From Nemertoderma westbladi (lineage: Eukaryota; Animalia; Xenacoelomorpha): DNA of 64,000 bases. Positions 40,340 through 51,470 of this stretch are shown piece by piece; the first letter of the stretch is position 1; each line of letters begins with the position of its first letter. Under the pieces are notes generated by a model that did not search any database, had not been told where the DNA came from, and saw only the letters and a list, made by a program, of their open reading frames with translations. The position numbers and the translations under genes were made by a program. The DNA lies in NCBI GenBank assembly GCA_032718475.1, contig JAUCBJ010003201.1, positions 1-64,000 of the forward strand, written 5' to 3'.

Positions 40340-41077
40340 GTTGGTTAATTAATTAATATAGGCCTAGCGCCTAGGTATAGGCCTATAAGCATTGTTTCGA
40401 CTTACGACTAAGTTGTCTTAGTTCAAACACAATCATTGTTGCGAGTCATACAATAATACAAACATTGTTACGCAAAAATAAAATAACTATATAATGTTAG
40501 GTATATCTGCGCCGCAGTACGCCACACTATTACCTTCCCTCTCGAGTCATCATGTTCGTGGAAAGGTAATTCGACTACCGTATTCCGTCGACCAGTGCGG
40601 ACGGCGTACAGTCGCGGCTCATCCTGGTAGCCGCCTTGCTAGCAGCCGACCCACCCTACGTACGCGGTAATCCGGGTTACTCTCGATGCATTGTGGAATG
40701 AAGAAAGATTCTCCTCGAATAAAGCTGGGCTCATGTCGAGAAGATTATCGAATTTATTGATAATCTATGTTTCGCAATCAAACGTTCACCATTCGTTGTT
40801 TTATGCCGTCGTCTTCCAAGAACCACTCATAATATTCCCCTACGGCGACGCCGCATCGCCTAAGCAGATTACGTCGCTATTTTAGATTGAACTGCACAGT
40901 GATGCAGTTTGTACTGAAGTGTAAACACTACGTCGACAACCGTAAACAAAACTTTATATATGCTTTTCAAATTCTAATTTTCAAAGAACTATCTAATAAA
41001 TCGGAACTGTAATAATTTATAATTTGTACTAATAGTTGTAAAGAATAATAAATATTATATATTATTTATTGTTATAG

Positions 41078-43658
41078 GGAGAATGAGTTGGAGACTGAAA
41101 ACCACATGACCGCTATTTGTGAGCGGGAAGATGGACGATTGAAGCAGGAGATGAGAAGGCTAGAGAATCAATTAGTTGAACACCGGGATCAGCGTAATGC
41201 TCTGGAGAACACAATCTTCCGACAAAGCAAACGTATGGATGAACTCAAGGGTCAGCTGGATTGGGATCATCAAGCACTAGAAGCGTGGCTGGAAGAAAGC
41301 GCAAAGAAGGATGAAGATGCTATGACCTTAGCTAAATATGCAAGAATGGATGACGAGAAAACCAAAGAGTTGATTTTGCGTATTGAAAAGATGACGGATG
41401 ATTGCGGTAAAAAGCGCAGATATCTAGATCAAGAAGTAACATCAACTTTAACAGCTCAATTAGAGTTAGATAAAGTTGCCGAGGAATTCCGCAAGGCGCA
41501 CAGTGAGCGTCAGGATGTGATCGAACGTTGGGAGCACACAATCGCTCAAATGAAAACCAGAGACGAACAGATGAACGATCTGAGTGTTGAACTAGCCACA
41601 GCTAAGCAAGATGTTCTTGGCAAGCAAGACGAGCTCAAAGAGAAGCGTGAATTTCTAGAAAAAGAAACAGATAATAATGTTGAGAAAGAAAAACAGATTT
41701 TTAAGAAGGAGAGAATCTCTGCTAAATTGAGGGAAGAATACGTTGAAATGGAGAGAGATCGTGTGGCTCTTCAAGATGAAATGGAAACATTGAAAAGGAC
41801 GGTCGATAGAACAGCCACCGATTTAGAAATAATGAGGGGCGAAATAACATTGCTAAAGAAGGATCACACCGCGAAACAACGCAGGTTAACAGTGGCTGAG
41901 GAAAACCGTAATATTCTTACGGAGAAACTGAAGAGAGTTACTATAACCAACCTCACCGCAGAAGAGAAAGCTCATGCAATGGATAAAATGTTGGATGAAG
42001 AAGAAAAAGTTATGAGTGAAACATTAGCTGAGATAAATCGATTAAAAGAGACTCAGTTTAAGAAACAGCAGGAGCTGTTTCAAACAGAAAATCGTGTGAA
42101 AGATTTGGATTCCGAATTGAGTGGTAACCGAATTACCATTAAAAACATGAACATAAAGGTAACCAAATTGGATACCGACACCATCAAACAACAGGAGATC
42201 ATGTACAATCAGGATTTCCAGGTTCAGGCACTGAAACGTCGAATAGCGAGACTGTTAGGGGAGCTGAGCACCGAGGAAGAAACCACCTTGAATAAAAAGA
42301 TAGCGGAGCTCAATGCTATTCTGGACGGGAAGAACGCGACATATCAACTTCTGGATTTACAATCGAAACGATTGTACGAGGATATCCGTAAGGTAAAGAG
42401 ACAGTTGGGATCAAGTGACAATCAGAAGGCCGAACTTTGTGAGAAAATTCTTGAAGTTAATTTGTACAACGATAGTTCCACTCGAGAATTGCAGGCGTTA
42501 AACATTGAGAAACAAGACCTGATGGTGGATGAGAATTTATTGAAACTTAGAGTGAAGCGAAACAGAGGAAACCTTACTAATTACGCCGATAAGGTGCTGA
42601 GCTTAGAGAAACGGAGACAACAGCTGGAAACCGCCATGACAGAACGAAGAATCGAGATTAAGATACACCAGGATATGTTGAAAGCGCAGCTGAAATCGGC
42701 TAACGAGGAACGACAAACCTTGAACGCGGAACTCTACGATCGGAATTCTAAAGTAGAGAAACTTCGTAAACGTTATGAGATTCTAGTGGTTTCCATGGCA
42801 CCCGGCGAAGAGGATGAAGATAAGTCTGCGGCGTATTACGTCATAAAAGCTGCTCAGGAGAAAGAAGAACTTCAGAGGAAAGGCGATAAGCTGGATGCCA
42901 ATATAAGGAAAGCCGAGAAGGAAATTCGGGCGTTAGAGAATACATTGAGGTTGTTGAATGGGAGGAATGAGGTTTACAGAAAGAGTTTTAATAAAGTTAC
43001 GGAGTCGTCTGAAGATTGGGAAGAAAAAGAAAAGATTGACCAGCAATTGAGAACAGTAATGGACAAACTAAAGTACAAAAGAAGAGTTATGCGAGAATTA
43101 CAAGATGATATCGATAGAATGGGCAATACTTTGGATACCTTGGTTAACGACGGAGCTATATTTAGTGAGACAATCGAAGAACGCACTTTACAGCTGCAAA
43201 GAATGAACAGGGAAGTTAGAGATTTAGATGATAAAATCGATAGAAGTCAGAGACAATGCGCCAAGCTCGCGCGGGAAATTAGGAAATCCCGTGGACAAGT
43301 CGGGACTATATTGGAGGAAAAGGATATCGAACTTCGTGAATTAAAGGAATTTAATCGCTATATCGCCGGCCAGTTCAACGAGGCGGCGGTTGTTGTACCG
43401 GAGATGGGCAACTCGGTGGATTTCTACCTGTCGCAAGCCGGGGTTCCGTCTGGGAAACCTGGTGGGACGGGGGCCAGTCCGAGCGATTCGGCCAGGAGTT
43501 CGGTTTCCTCCAGTTCCTCCCTCAGTAGTCAGCGCCACTCGGCCGTGCGAGCCGTAGACATGGCGGCCCAGTTTAGTCCGCCTCCTTCGGGTTCCGGATC
43601 AAGTCGTTCGGGTAGAGTGTCGCTCGGTTCCTCCCGCGCTACACCGAAAAAACGATGA
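41078..43658 (+). CDS. CCDC39: Coiled-coil domain-containing protein 39, exon 2; spliced product 942 aa
   Basis: Acceptor ttattgttatag|G restores the frame (AG|G = Arg, then ENELETENH). Motifs WDHQALEAWLEESAKKDEDAMTLAKY and YYVIKAAQEKEELQRKGDKLDANIRKAEKEIRALENTL are typical of CCDC39. AATAAA at 43806. Confidence 0.96.
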
Positions 43659-43974
43659 GACCGATTGAAACAACTTATTATTATTACTAGTTACCGGTAC
43701 TGAAATGCACCTAATTGAACTTGTACTTTATTCATTATTCGCGTTATTTCGCATTATCATTATTAATTTTTCGCGAAATCCCCTTTTCGTGAGCAAAATT
43801 AATTAAATAAAATTTATTCTAAGCCTTTCATCAGAACAATATTGTAAAGGTTTGATGTGCCGAAACAAAGCAATTGACATGTTAATTAATTGTTGGGATT
43901 TCCGGAATACAATATGAAACCACGTTCATCATAACCTATAGCGCTAGGGATTTTTTTATAACATGTTAAATGAA

Positions 43975-45185
43975 CTTTTATTAGTAAACATGTGGGTCGA
44001 GCCACGAAGTTTAGTTGGCGAAACCTTAGCGAACTAACACGGTTAGGGGGCAGGTCAATTTTGGCTAATAGTATTCGTCGTTGTTGTTGTTGTTGTTGTC
44101 GTTACGATTTTGACATGCTAATAACTTTGTCGGATTGAAAGCTGTCTAGTTGAAAATTTGAAGGCATCAATAAGACCAAAATTTGAGATTATTTACAGAT
44201 TTTTAGCCACCAGCTCACTTCAACAGTCTCCCGCTAGAGAGGGCTACATGTGTAAACATTAAATGTCCTCCCTCCCATTTCTTTGCTTTTAATCCGTTTA
44301 AGCTGAAACGTGGCATATTTGTACTAGACCATTATAGTGTCATTCAAAGGGGGCTTGTCCGTCTGCAGTTCTCTAGTCCGCCACTAGAGGACATAATGTC
44401 TGAAAGTGAAATCCTTGAACCATTGGGTTATTTATGATCCGTTCAAGCTGAAACTAGTAGGATATGTGCTAGAACACATTCTATATAAAAGTGATAACCT
44501 TCCCCATTTACTTGATCTTAATCTGTTTAAGCTGAATCTTGGAATATGTACCAGAGCACATCCTCCTCTATTTGAGGAAGGTGATCGGTCCTCAGTTCTC
44601 CAGTCTGCCGCTAGATGGCGAAATGTCTGAGAATGAAAACATTCCACCGTTTCCTTGATTTTAAGCTGAAACTTGGCATATACAGTATGTACAACAAAAC
44701 TGGTACTCAATCTACACTTCTACAGTTTGCCGAAGGTCCAGAGGTCGAAGATGTCTGAAAGTGAAAACTTATCTCATTTCGTTATTTGTTATCCGTTCAA
44801 GCTGAAACTTGGCAGATATACATGCTAGACCATAGACCATCCATAGGCTGTGTATTTGTTGGGAAGGTAATCCTTCGACAGTTTTCCAGTCTACCGCTAA
44901 TAGGCTGAAATGAAAACATTTTAGAAATGTCTGAAATGAAAACCTTCATCCATCTCCTTGATTATAATCCTTTCTTCTATATATTAGACCTTAGACTGAT
45001 TTTTTTGTGAGGTCTTAATTTGGACTGCAGTTAACAAGTCTGCCTCTAGGTTTTAAAGTGATTAGGGGACATCTGCTTAGATTTTGGTTAAATAATTATC
45101 TCGAGTTGTCACTTAACATTAGTTTATGCCACGTACTGCGCGAAGGCCCCACATCGTGTGCTGTTAGTACCTAAGGCAATAATTT
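43975..45185. mobile_element. Non-autonomous Helentron/DINE-1-like element (approximate ends)
   Basis: T-rich start, short sub-terminal inverted match ATGTGGG (~43990) / CCCACAT (~45148), and a (GTT)n microsatellite at ~44080-44103. About five diverged ~135-145 bp internal repeats share ATCCGTTCAAGCTGAAACTTGGCA (44291, 44437, 44521, 44661, 44791). Confidence 0.5.
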
Positions 45186-46762
45186 GATTGATAAATGCTT
45201 TGGAAATGATTTGCCGCTGCCTTATTACTGATCCTGCTAAGTTACTGAGTTAGTTTATGTGTGACCGAAATAATTACCAACAAGTGTAACAGCAGAACTC
45301 AAGATGTCTGGACTCAATATTACTACAGTAAAGTGCAGTAGGCATCTTTATTGCTGTCATCTTGTCGTCATACAATGAGTCAACTATTATTTACAATAAA
45401 TATTTATATTTGTATATTAATATTTATAATTTACCATCCTCCCTTTATTATTTACCATCCTCCCTTTATTATTTACCATCCTCCCTTTATTATTTACCAT
45501 CATCCCTTTATTATTTACCATCCTCCCTTTATTATTTACCATCATCCCTTTATTATTTACCATCCTCCATGTATTATTCACCATCCTTCCTTTATTATTT
45601 CCCATCCTTCCTTTATTATTTCCCATCCTTCCTTTATTATTTACCATCCTTCCTTTATTATTTACCAACCTCAATTTATTATTTACCCCCAATTTATTAT
45701 TTACCATCCTCCATTTATTATTTACCATCATCCATTTATTATTTACCCCCATTTATTATTTACCATCCTCCATTTATTATTTACCATCCTCCATTTATTA
45801 TTTACCATATCATCCATTTAGTATTTACCCCCCATTTATTATTTACCATCCTCCATGTATTATTCACCATCCTCCCTTTATTATTTACCATCCTTCCTTT
45901 ATTATTTACCATCCTCCCTTTATTATTTATCAACCTCAATTTATTATTTACCACCCATTTATTATTTACCATCCTCCATTTAATATTTACCATCCTCCAT
46001 TTAATATTTACCATATCATCCATTTAGTATTTACCCCCCATTTATTATTTACCATCATCCATGTATTATTCACCATCCTCCCTTTATTGTTAACCATCCT
46101 TCCTTTATTGTTAACCATCCTCCCTTTATTAGTTTCCATCATCCCTTTATTATTTACCATCATCCCTTTATTATTTATCATCATCCCTTTATTATTTATC
46201 ATCATCCCTTTATTATTTACCATCATCCCTTTATTATTTACCATCCTCCCTTTATTATTAACCACCCTTCCTTCATTATTTACCATCATTCCTTTATTAT
46301 TTACCATCCTTCCTTTATTATTTACCATCATCCCTTTATTATTTACCAACCTTCCTTTATTATTTACCATCCTTCCTTTATTATTTACCATCATCCCTTT
46401 ATTATTTACCATCCTTCTTTATTATTTCCCATCCTTCCTTTATTATTAACTATCCTTCCTTTATTATTTACCATCATCCCTTTATTATTCACCATCATCC
46501 CTTTATTATTTACCATCCCTCCTTTATTATTTACCATCCTTCCGTTATTATTAACCATCCTTTCTTTATTATTTACCATCATCCATTTATTATTTACCAT
46601 GAATATAATATTCAGTGAGATTCTTTACATTATGTTTGGGTAATGTTTTTGTTTATTTGTTGATATTTGTTGATATTTTGTTGATGAGTTCAGTTTCGTG
46701 ACCGCGAGTCTCTCTCCTTGGATGGTTTGTCTGGATCGATCGGTTTGTCTATTCGGTCAGTT

Positions 46763-47512
46763 ATGTCTCAGGGCTCAGGGCAGTCGTCGTCCCAACGGTG
46801 CTGTCAGTGTGGGATCCGCGCTTGTACCACTTCTAGTCGTTGTCGTTGTGTCCGTGCCGGGCAACCCTTCACCAGCTGCTCGCCTTTGTCTGTTGGCAAT
46901 TGCCTGAACCCGCATCTCATATCGGGGGCCTCCATTAGTCCCATAGTGGATGACACTCTGCTGCATAAATCCACTGGCGACAACTCGGATGGGGATAGCT
47001 CGGATACTGATTCGTTTTCGAGTGCGATAACGCAGATAACTCAGATTCCCCGAGTCGTCGACACCGTTTTTCCTCCGTTATCTTTGCCTGGGAGTGCGAG
47101 TTCTCCTCCTTTCCCTACCACTGTGGAGCTTTTGGAGTCGGCCTTCGGTGGCCAGTGGTTAAACTCTCCTGGCTCTTCCACCGATCCGTATTGGGAGGCC
47201 AATTATTCCCGCCTCACCTGCCTTACTTGTTGCCAGTATATTGTGCCGGGTGGCAATGTGGGACGCAAAATCGCCGACTTAGTCGCTCGCGAGCTGGTAT
47301 TTCTGACGGACGGTATCCACCCCTCGGAACGATCACTCTGTTGCGTGGCTACCATATTCCAGCGAGACCCAGACGTGACAAAAAGTGCGGATATTCGGCG
47401 TACTATGCTGCGCCGGATTGGCATGTGGGAGCGAGAGGAGTATAAGCAGCTGGTGGTGGAGGCGGAGCGCTGCAGCTCCAAGTTCGTAAGTCCCGGGGAT
47501 CGGAAAAAGTAA
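46763..47512 (+). CDS. N-terminal part of the CRE polyprotein (Cys-rich region, linker, pre-RT region), cut off by a 1-nt frameshift
   Basis: First ATG at 46763. Cys cluster CCQCGIRACTTSSRCRCVRAGQPFTSCSPLSVGNCLNP. Motifs VPGGNVGR and ADIRRTMLRRIGMWE...LVVEA are typical upstream of CRE-type RTs. Confidence 0.75.
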   Translation: MSQGSGQSSSQRCCQCGIRACTTSSRCRCVRAGQPFTSCSPLSVGNCLNPHLISGASISPIVDDTLLHKSTGDNSDGDSSDTDSFSSAITQITQIPRVVDTVFPPLSLPGSASSPPFPTTVELLESAFGGQWLNSPGSSTDPYWEANYSRLTCLTCCQYIVPGGNVGRKIADLVARELVFLTDGIHPSERSLCCVATIFQRDPDVTKSADIRRTMLRRIGMWEREEYKQLVVEAERCSSKFVSPGDRKK

Positions 47513-47523
47513 ACCCGGGTCGG

Positions 47524-50500
47524 TTGTATAATCGGAAAATACTGGTGGGACAGAATCGGGCGGCAGTTCGTCTCATTACCGAGAGGGACAGTGGTGGAAT
47601 TTTAGACCCCAATTCCCAGGCAGAGGGGCGAGCACCTGGGATTACCGTACGTGAGGTTCTGGCGGAAAAACATCCCCCTCAGATGCAGGTTTCGCCGGAC
47701 GCGTTTGAACCCTGTGACGACCTACCAGCCTTCGAGGATGTCGACATTACTGGTCAGCACGTCCTCAAGGTTACTCGAGTGCTACGTGGTGGAGCTGGTC
47801 CGATCGGCGGAGACGCCGAATTATGGAGTGCGTTGCTTACCCGCTACGAGGCGTACAGCTCCCGCCTCAGGGAGGCCGTCGCCGGGTTGGCTCGACGCCT
47901 TGCCAACTCGGTGGTACCTTGGGGCGAGATCCGAGCGCTGCGTGCCTGTCGCCTCGTCGCAATTGACAAGGAACCCGGTGTCCGCCCCATCGGCATTGGG
48001 GAGGTCCTGTACCGGTTGCTGACTAACTGCCTCACAGCCGCCGCCAAGATGGATTTCATCGTGGAATGCGGGGCGGATCAACTCTGTGCGGGTGTTAAGC
48101 CGGGTGTCGAGGGCGCCGTCCATGCGATGGCTTCATTGTATGAGGACGACTCCACCGAGGGGATGCTCCTCGTAGACGCCTCTAATGCCTTTAACAGTTT
48201 GAGTCGCCCCGTGGCCCTGTGGAATGCGCGGGTCTACTGGCACCGGTGTTCCCGTTACCTCTTTAATGCATACAACGGCCATGCCGCTCTCTTCTTACAA
48301 GGGTCTAATGTACCGCTCTGGAGCAGGGAAGGGTACACCCAGGGCGACCCGGCCGCCATGCTTGGGTATGGCTGTGGGACCCTTCCCATGATACGGAGGC
48401 TACGGGACATCCGGATACATGAGTGTCCTGGCAACCCGCCGTCATCCCTACCTGGCATCCCTTCGTCGACCCTGCCTGGTAACCTGCCGTCGACCCTGCA
48501 CGGCGACTCGCCATCAACCGTACCCTGCAACTCGCTGTCGACACTATCCGGTAACTCGCCGTTGACCTTACCCAGCAACCCGCAGTCGCCCCTACCCGGC
48601 AACCCGCCGTCGACCCTACCCGACAACCCGCCGTCAACCCTACCCGGCATTCTGCCATTGACCCTATCCGGCAACCCGCCGTCGACCCTATCCGGTAACC
48701 CGCCGTTGATCCTACCTGGCAACCCGCCGTCGACCCTACCCGGCATCCCGCCGTTGACCCTACCTGGCAACCCGCCATCGTCCCTGCTTGGCGACCCGCC
48801 ATCTACCTTACCCGATAACCCGCCATCGACCCTACCTGGCAACCCGCCGTCGACCCTTCCCGGCAATCTGCCGTCGACCCTGCCTGGGGACCCGCTGTCA
48901 ACCCTACCCGGCAACCCGCCGTCGTCCCTGCTTGGCGACCCGCCGTCTACCTTACCCGATAACCCGTCATTGACCCTACCTGGCAACCCGCCGTCGACCC
49001 TACCCGGAAATCCGCCGTCGACCCTGCCTGGCGACCCGCCGTCAACCCTACGTGGCAACCCGCCATCGACCCCGCCTGGCGACCCAACACCGCACCACCA
49101 AAGACAGTGCTGGTATGCCGATGATGCCTCATCTGCTGGTTCCCTCGCTGGTGTGCTCCGTTGGTGGGAGGAGTTGCTCCTCAGTGGACCCCGAATTGGG
49201 TACAACCCGGAGCCCACCAAGTCCTACTTGGTGGTGAAACCGGCGTATGTTGAGCAGGCACACGAGATGTTTGGGAGGTCGGGCGTTCGGATCGTCTCCG
49301 GTCACAGGTTTCTGGGCGGTTATGTTGGTGATTCCCAGGGGCTGCGGGGTTTCATCGCGGAGAAAGTTGCGGGGTGGGTCTACAGTATCGGTAGATTGGC
49401 GGAGGTGGCCGAGGATTATCCCCAGACCGCTCATACGGGAATGTCCCGCTGCTTACAAGCGGAGTGGGACTTCCTGCTCCGGGTGGTTGAAATCGACGAT
49501 GAGGATTTGGCTCCGATCCGGGAGGCGCTGCAGCACAGTTACATCCCGGCATTGTTCGGGATACCCCTCGGTGCTGTTGACGAAGACTTGGTTCTTTTGC
49601 CAGTCCGACATGGTGGGATCGGGATTTGGGACCCGTTAATGCGACGGTGCCACGCTAGAGAGGCGTCGCTGGCCGGCACAGCTGGGGTGGTTGATGCGCT
49701 GCTGTCGGACTGCCCCCTCCAGGTCGCAGAACACGCCGCGTGTCTCGCATCGGCCCTCGCTGAAAGTCGCATTACCCAAGACGTGGCTTACAAGGCGAGA
49801 CTGGAGTCCGCCCTCCTCGCTGTTCCTGCCGAACGGCGCCGCACGGTGGAGCGCACGGTCTCCCACAAGACGGGAGGGTGGCTGACCGCTCAGCCTTCGG
49901 TGGTGGACCACACCGACCTGGACCCCGAAGTGTTCCGGGACAACCTTGCCTTGCGGTATGGGTTGACGCCGCCCGGCCTCCCGGCTAAGTGCGAGGGGTG
50001 TGGGGAGTCTTTTTCGACGACCCACGCCCTTAATTGCAAGTCGGGGGGCTTGATTATCAAGCGGCACAATGAGGTGCGGGAGGTCTTCGGGGACTTAATC
50101 GCGTCCGCGTTCGGGGGCTCGTGCGTCCAGCGTGAGGTTACGCTGGCGTCCGGCTACCTGGACAGACCGGGCCGCGAGGTGGGTGGAGTAAGGGTGGACC
50201 TTCTGGCGAGGGGAGTCTGGGCCGAACAGAGGGTGGCGTCATTTGACATTGCGGTTGTAAACGCTGACGCCCCCTCTTATGTTAACCGGTCCCTAGACTC
50301 CGTTCTCCAGCAGAGGGTCCGCGCCAAGAAGGTACACTATGCCGCAGTGTGCGAGGACCGTCGGATCTCCTTCACCCCCCTAGTCGGAACCACCGACGGG
50401 GTGTGGTGCAAGGAGGCCGATATCCTAATCCGCCACCTCGCGGAGACCCTGGTGGCCCGGCAGCGTGGGATGCGCGAGCGAGGCCTAGCCTGTGTGCTGG

Positions 50501-50640
50501 GCGGAGTGCGGAGGCGCCTATTGTTTGCGCTGCTGCGCTCAAACTCCCTGTGCCTGCGTGGCGGTAGGCGGCCATGGAGGGCGCTCGGGTTTGGGGACGG
50601 TGCCGGTCTGCGGGGGTTTGACCTCCAAGACCGGTACTGA
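47524..50640 (+). CDS. Reverse transcriptase, zinc knuckle and restriction-like endonuclease of the CRE-clade element; frame is open from 47446
   Basis: RT motifs LVAIDKEPGVRPIGIGE, QLCAG, LLVDASNAFNSL, EGYTQGDP, WYADD, GYNPEPTKS and RFLGGYVG. CEGC-x7-HALNC knuckle, RHNEVR, RVD..FDIAV..KKVHY (PD-(D/E)xK type) and FTPLVGTTDG. Confidence 0.93.
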   Translation: MYNRKILVGQNRAAVRLITERDSGGILDPNSQAEGRAPGITVREVLAEKHPPQMQVSPDAFEPCDDLPAFEDVDITGQHVLKVTRVLRGGAGPIGGDAELWSALLTRYEAYSSRLREAVAGLARRLANSVVPWGEIRALRACRLVAIDKEPGVRPIGIGEVLYRLLTNCLTAAAKMDFIVECGADQLCAGVKPGVEGAVHAMASLYEDDSTEGMLLVDASNAFNSLSRPVALWNARVYWHRCSRYLFNAYNGHAALFLQGSNVPLWSREGYTQGDPAAMLGYGCGTLPMIRRLRDIRIHECPGNPPSSLPGIPSSTLPGNLPSTLHGDSPSTVPCNSLSTLSGNSPLTLPSNPQSPLPGNPPSTLPDNPPSTLPGILPLTLSGNPPSTLSGNPPLILPGNPPSTLPGIPPLTLPGNPPSSLLGDPPSTLPDNPPSTLPGNPPSTLPGNLPSTLPGDPLSTLPGNPPSSLLGDPPSTLPDNPSLTLPGNPPSTLPGNPPSTLPGDPPSTLRGNPPSTPPGDPTPHHQRQCWYADDASSAGSLAGVLRWWEELLLSGPRIGYNPEPTKSYLVVKPAYVEQAHEMFGRSGVRIVSGHRFLGGYVGDSQGLRGFIAEKVAGWVYSIGRLAEVAEDYPQTAHTGMSRCLQAEWDFLLRVVEIDDEDLAPIREALQHSYIPALFGIPLGAVDEDLVLLPVRHGGIGIWDPLMRRCHAREASLAGTAGVVDALLSDCPLQVAEHAACLASALAESRITQDVAYKARLESALLAVPAERRRTVERTVSHKTGGWLTAQPSVVDHTDLDPEVFRDNLALRYGLTPPGLPAKCEGCGESFSTTHALNCKSGGLIIKRHNEVREVFGDLIASAFGGSCVQREVTLASGYLDRPGREVGGVRVDLLARGVWAEQRVASFDIAVVNADAPSYVNRSLDSVLQQRVRAKKVHYAAVCEDRRISFTPLVGTTDGVWCKEADILIRHLAETLVARQRGMRERGLACVLGGVRRRLLFALLRSNSLCLRGGRRPWRALGFGDGAGLRGFDLQDRY
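48427..49086 (+). repeat. In-frame 24-bp coding minisatellite (PGNPPSTL x ~28) inside the RT domain
   Basis: Consensus CCTGGCAACCCGCCGTCGACCCTA; 27 full units and one partial unit, all diverged but with no indels or stops. Confidence 0.97.
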
Positions 50641-51470
50641 ATCCAAGTTTTAGACTTGTGTTTGGTGGAGGGATGTAAAAATTCTTACTAAATTTAATTT
50701 TGGTGGTGGTGGAAATTAAAATTAAAAATTGTATTTGACTTTTTATTAATTATAATTCACTATATATATTACATTATACTATTATATTATATTATACTAA
50801 TCTTTATTATTTACCATCATCCCTTTATTATTTACCATCCTTCCTTTATTATTTCCCATCCTTCCTTTATTATTAACTATACTTCCTTTATTATTTACCA
50901 TCATCCCTTTATTATTCACCATCATCCCTTTATTATTTACCATCCTTCCTTTATTATTTCCCATCCTTCCTTTATTATTAACTATCCTTCCTTTATTATT
51001 TACCATCATCCCTTTATTATTTACCATCATCCCTTTATTATTTACCAACCTCAATTTATTATTTACCAACCTCAATTTATTATTTACCATCATCCCTTTA
51101 TTATTTACCATCCTTCCTTTATTATTTACCATCATCCCTTTATTATTTACCATCATCCCTTTATTATTTACCACCCTTCCTTTATTATTTAACATCATCC
51201 ATTATTATGAACCATCCTTCCTTTATTATTTCCCATCCTCCCTTTATTATTAACCATCCTTCCTTTATTATTTACCATCCTTCCTTTATTATTTACCATC
51301 CTGCCTTTATTATTTACCATCCTTCCTTTATTATTTACCATCTTTCCTTTATTATTTACTTACCAGCATCCAGTTATTATTTACCATCATCCCTTTATTA
51401 TTTACCATCCTTCCTTTATTATTTACCATCCTTCCTTTATTATTTACCATCCTTCCTTTATTATTTACCA

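Larger units (their letters stand above)
46601..50800 (+). mobile_element. CRE-clade (RLE-type) non-LTR retrotransposon, apparently near full length
   Basis: Short 5' leader, RT plus CCHC plus restriction-like endonuclease coding region, AT-rich 3' UTR ending in a degenerate (ATT/TATTA)n tail. Both flanks are satellite, with a possible ~15-bp TSD TTTATTATTTACCAT. Confidence 0.88.

Noticed and set aside
46601-46762. Self-cleaving (HDV or hammerhead) ribozyme at the retrotransposon 5' end
   Set aside because: The leader is T-rich and I could not identify the required pairings or catalytic core by eye; an Infernal search would be needed.
48424-49110. Intein or intron explanation for the RT insert (begins after Cys, ends ...HQRQ-C)
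   Set aside because: The insert is pure low-complexity repeat with no HINT-domain blocks, and there is no convincing splice donor or polypyrimidine tract.
48255-49220. 321-aa antisense ORF (GRVDGGLP)n and other short ORFs overlapping the retrotransposon
   Set aside because: Expected shadow ORFs of a GC-rich in-frame repeat, with no independent evidence.
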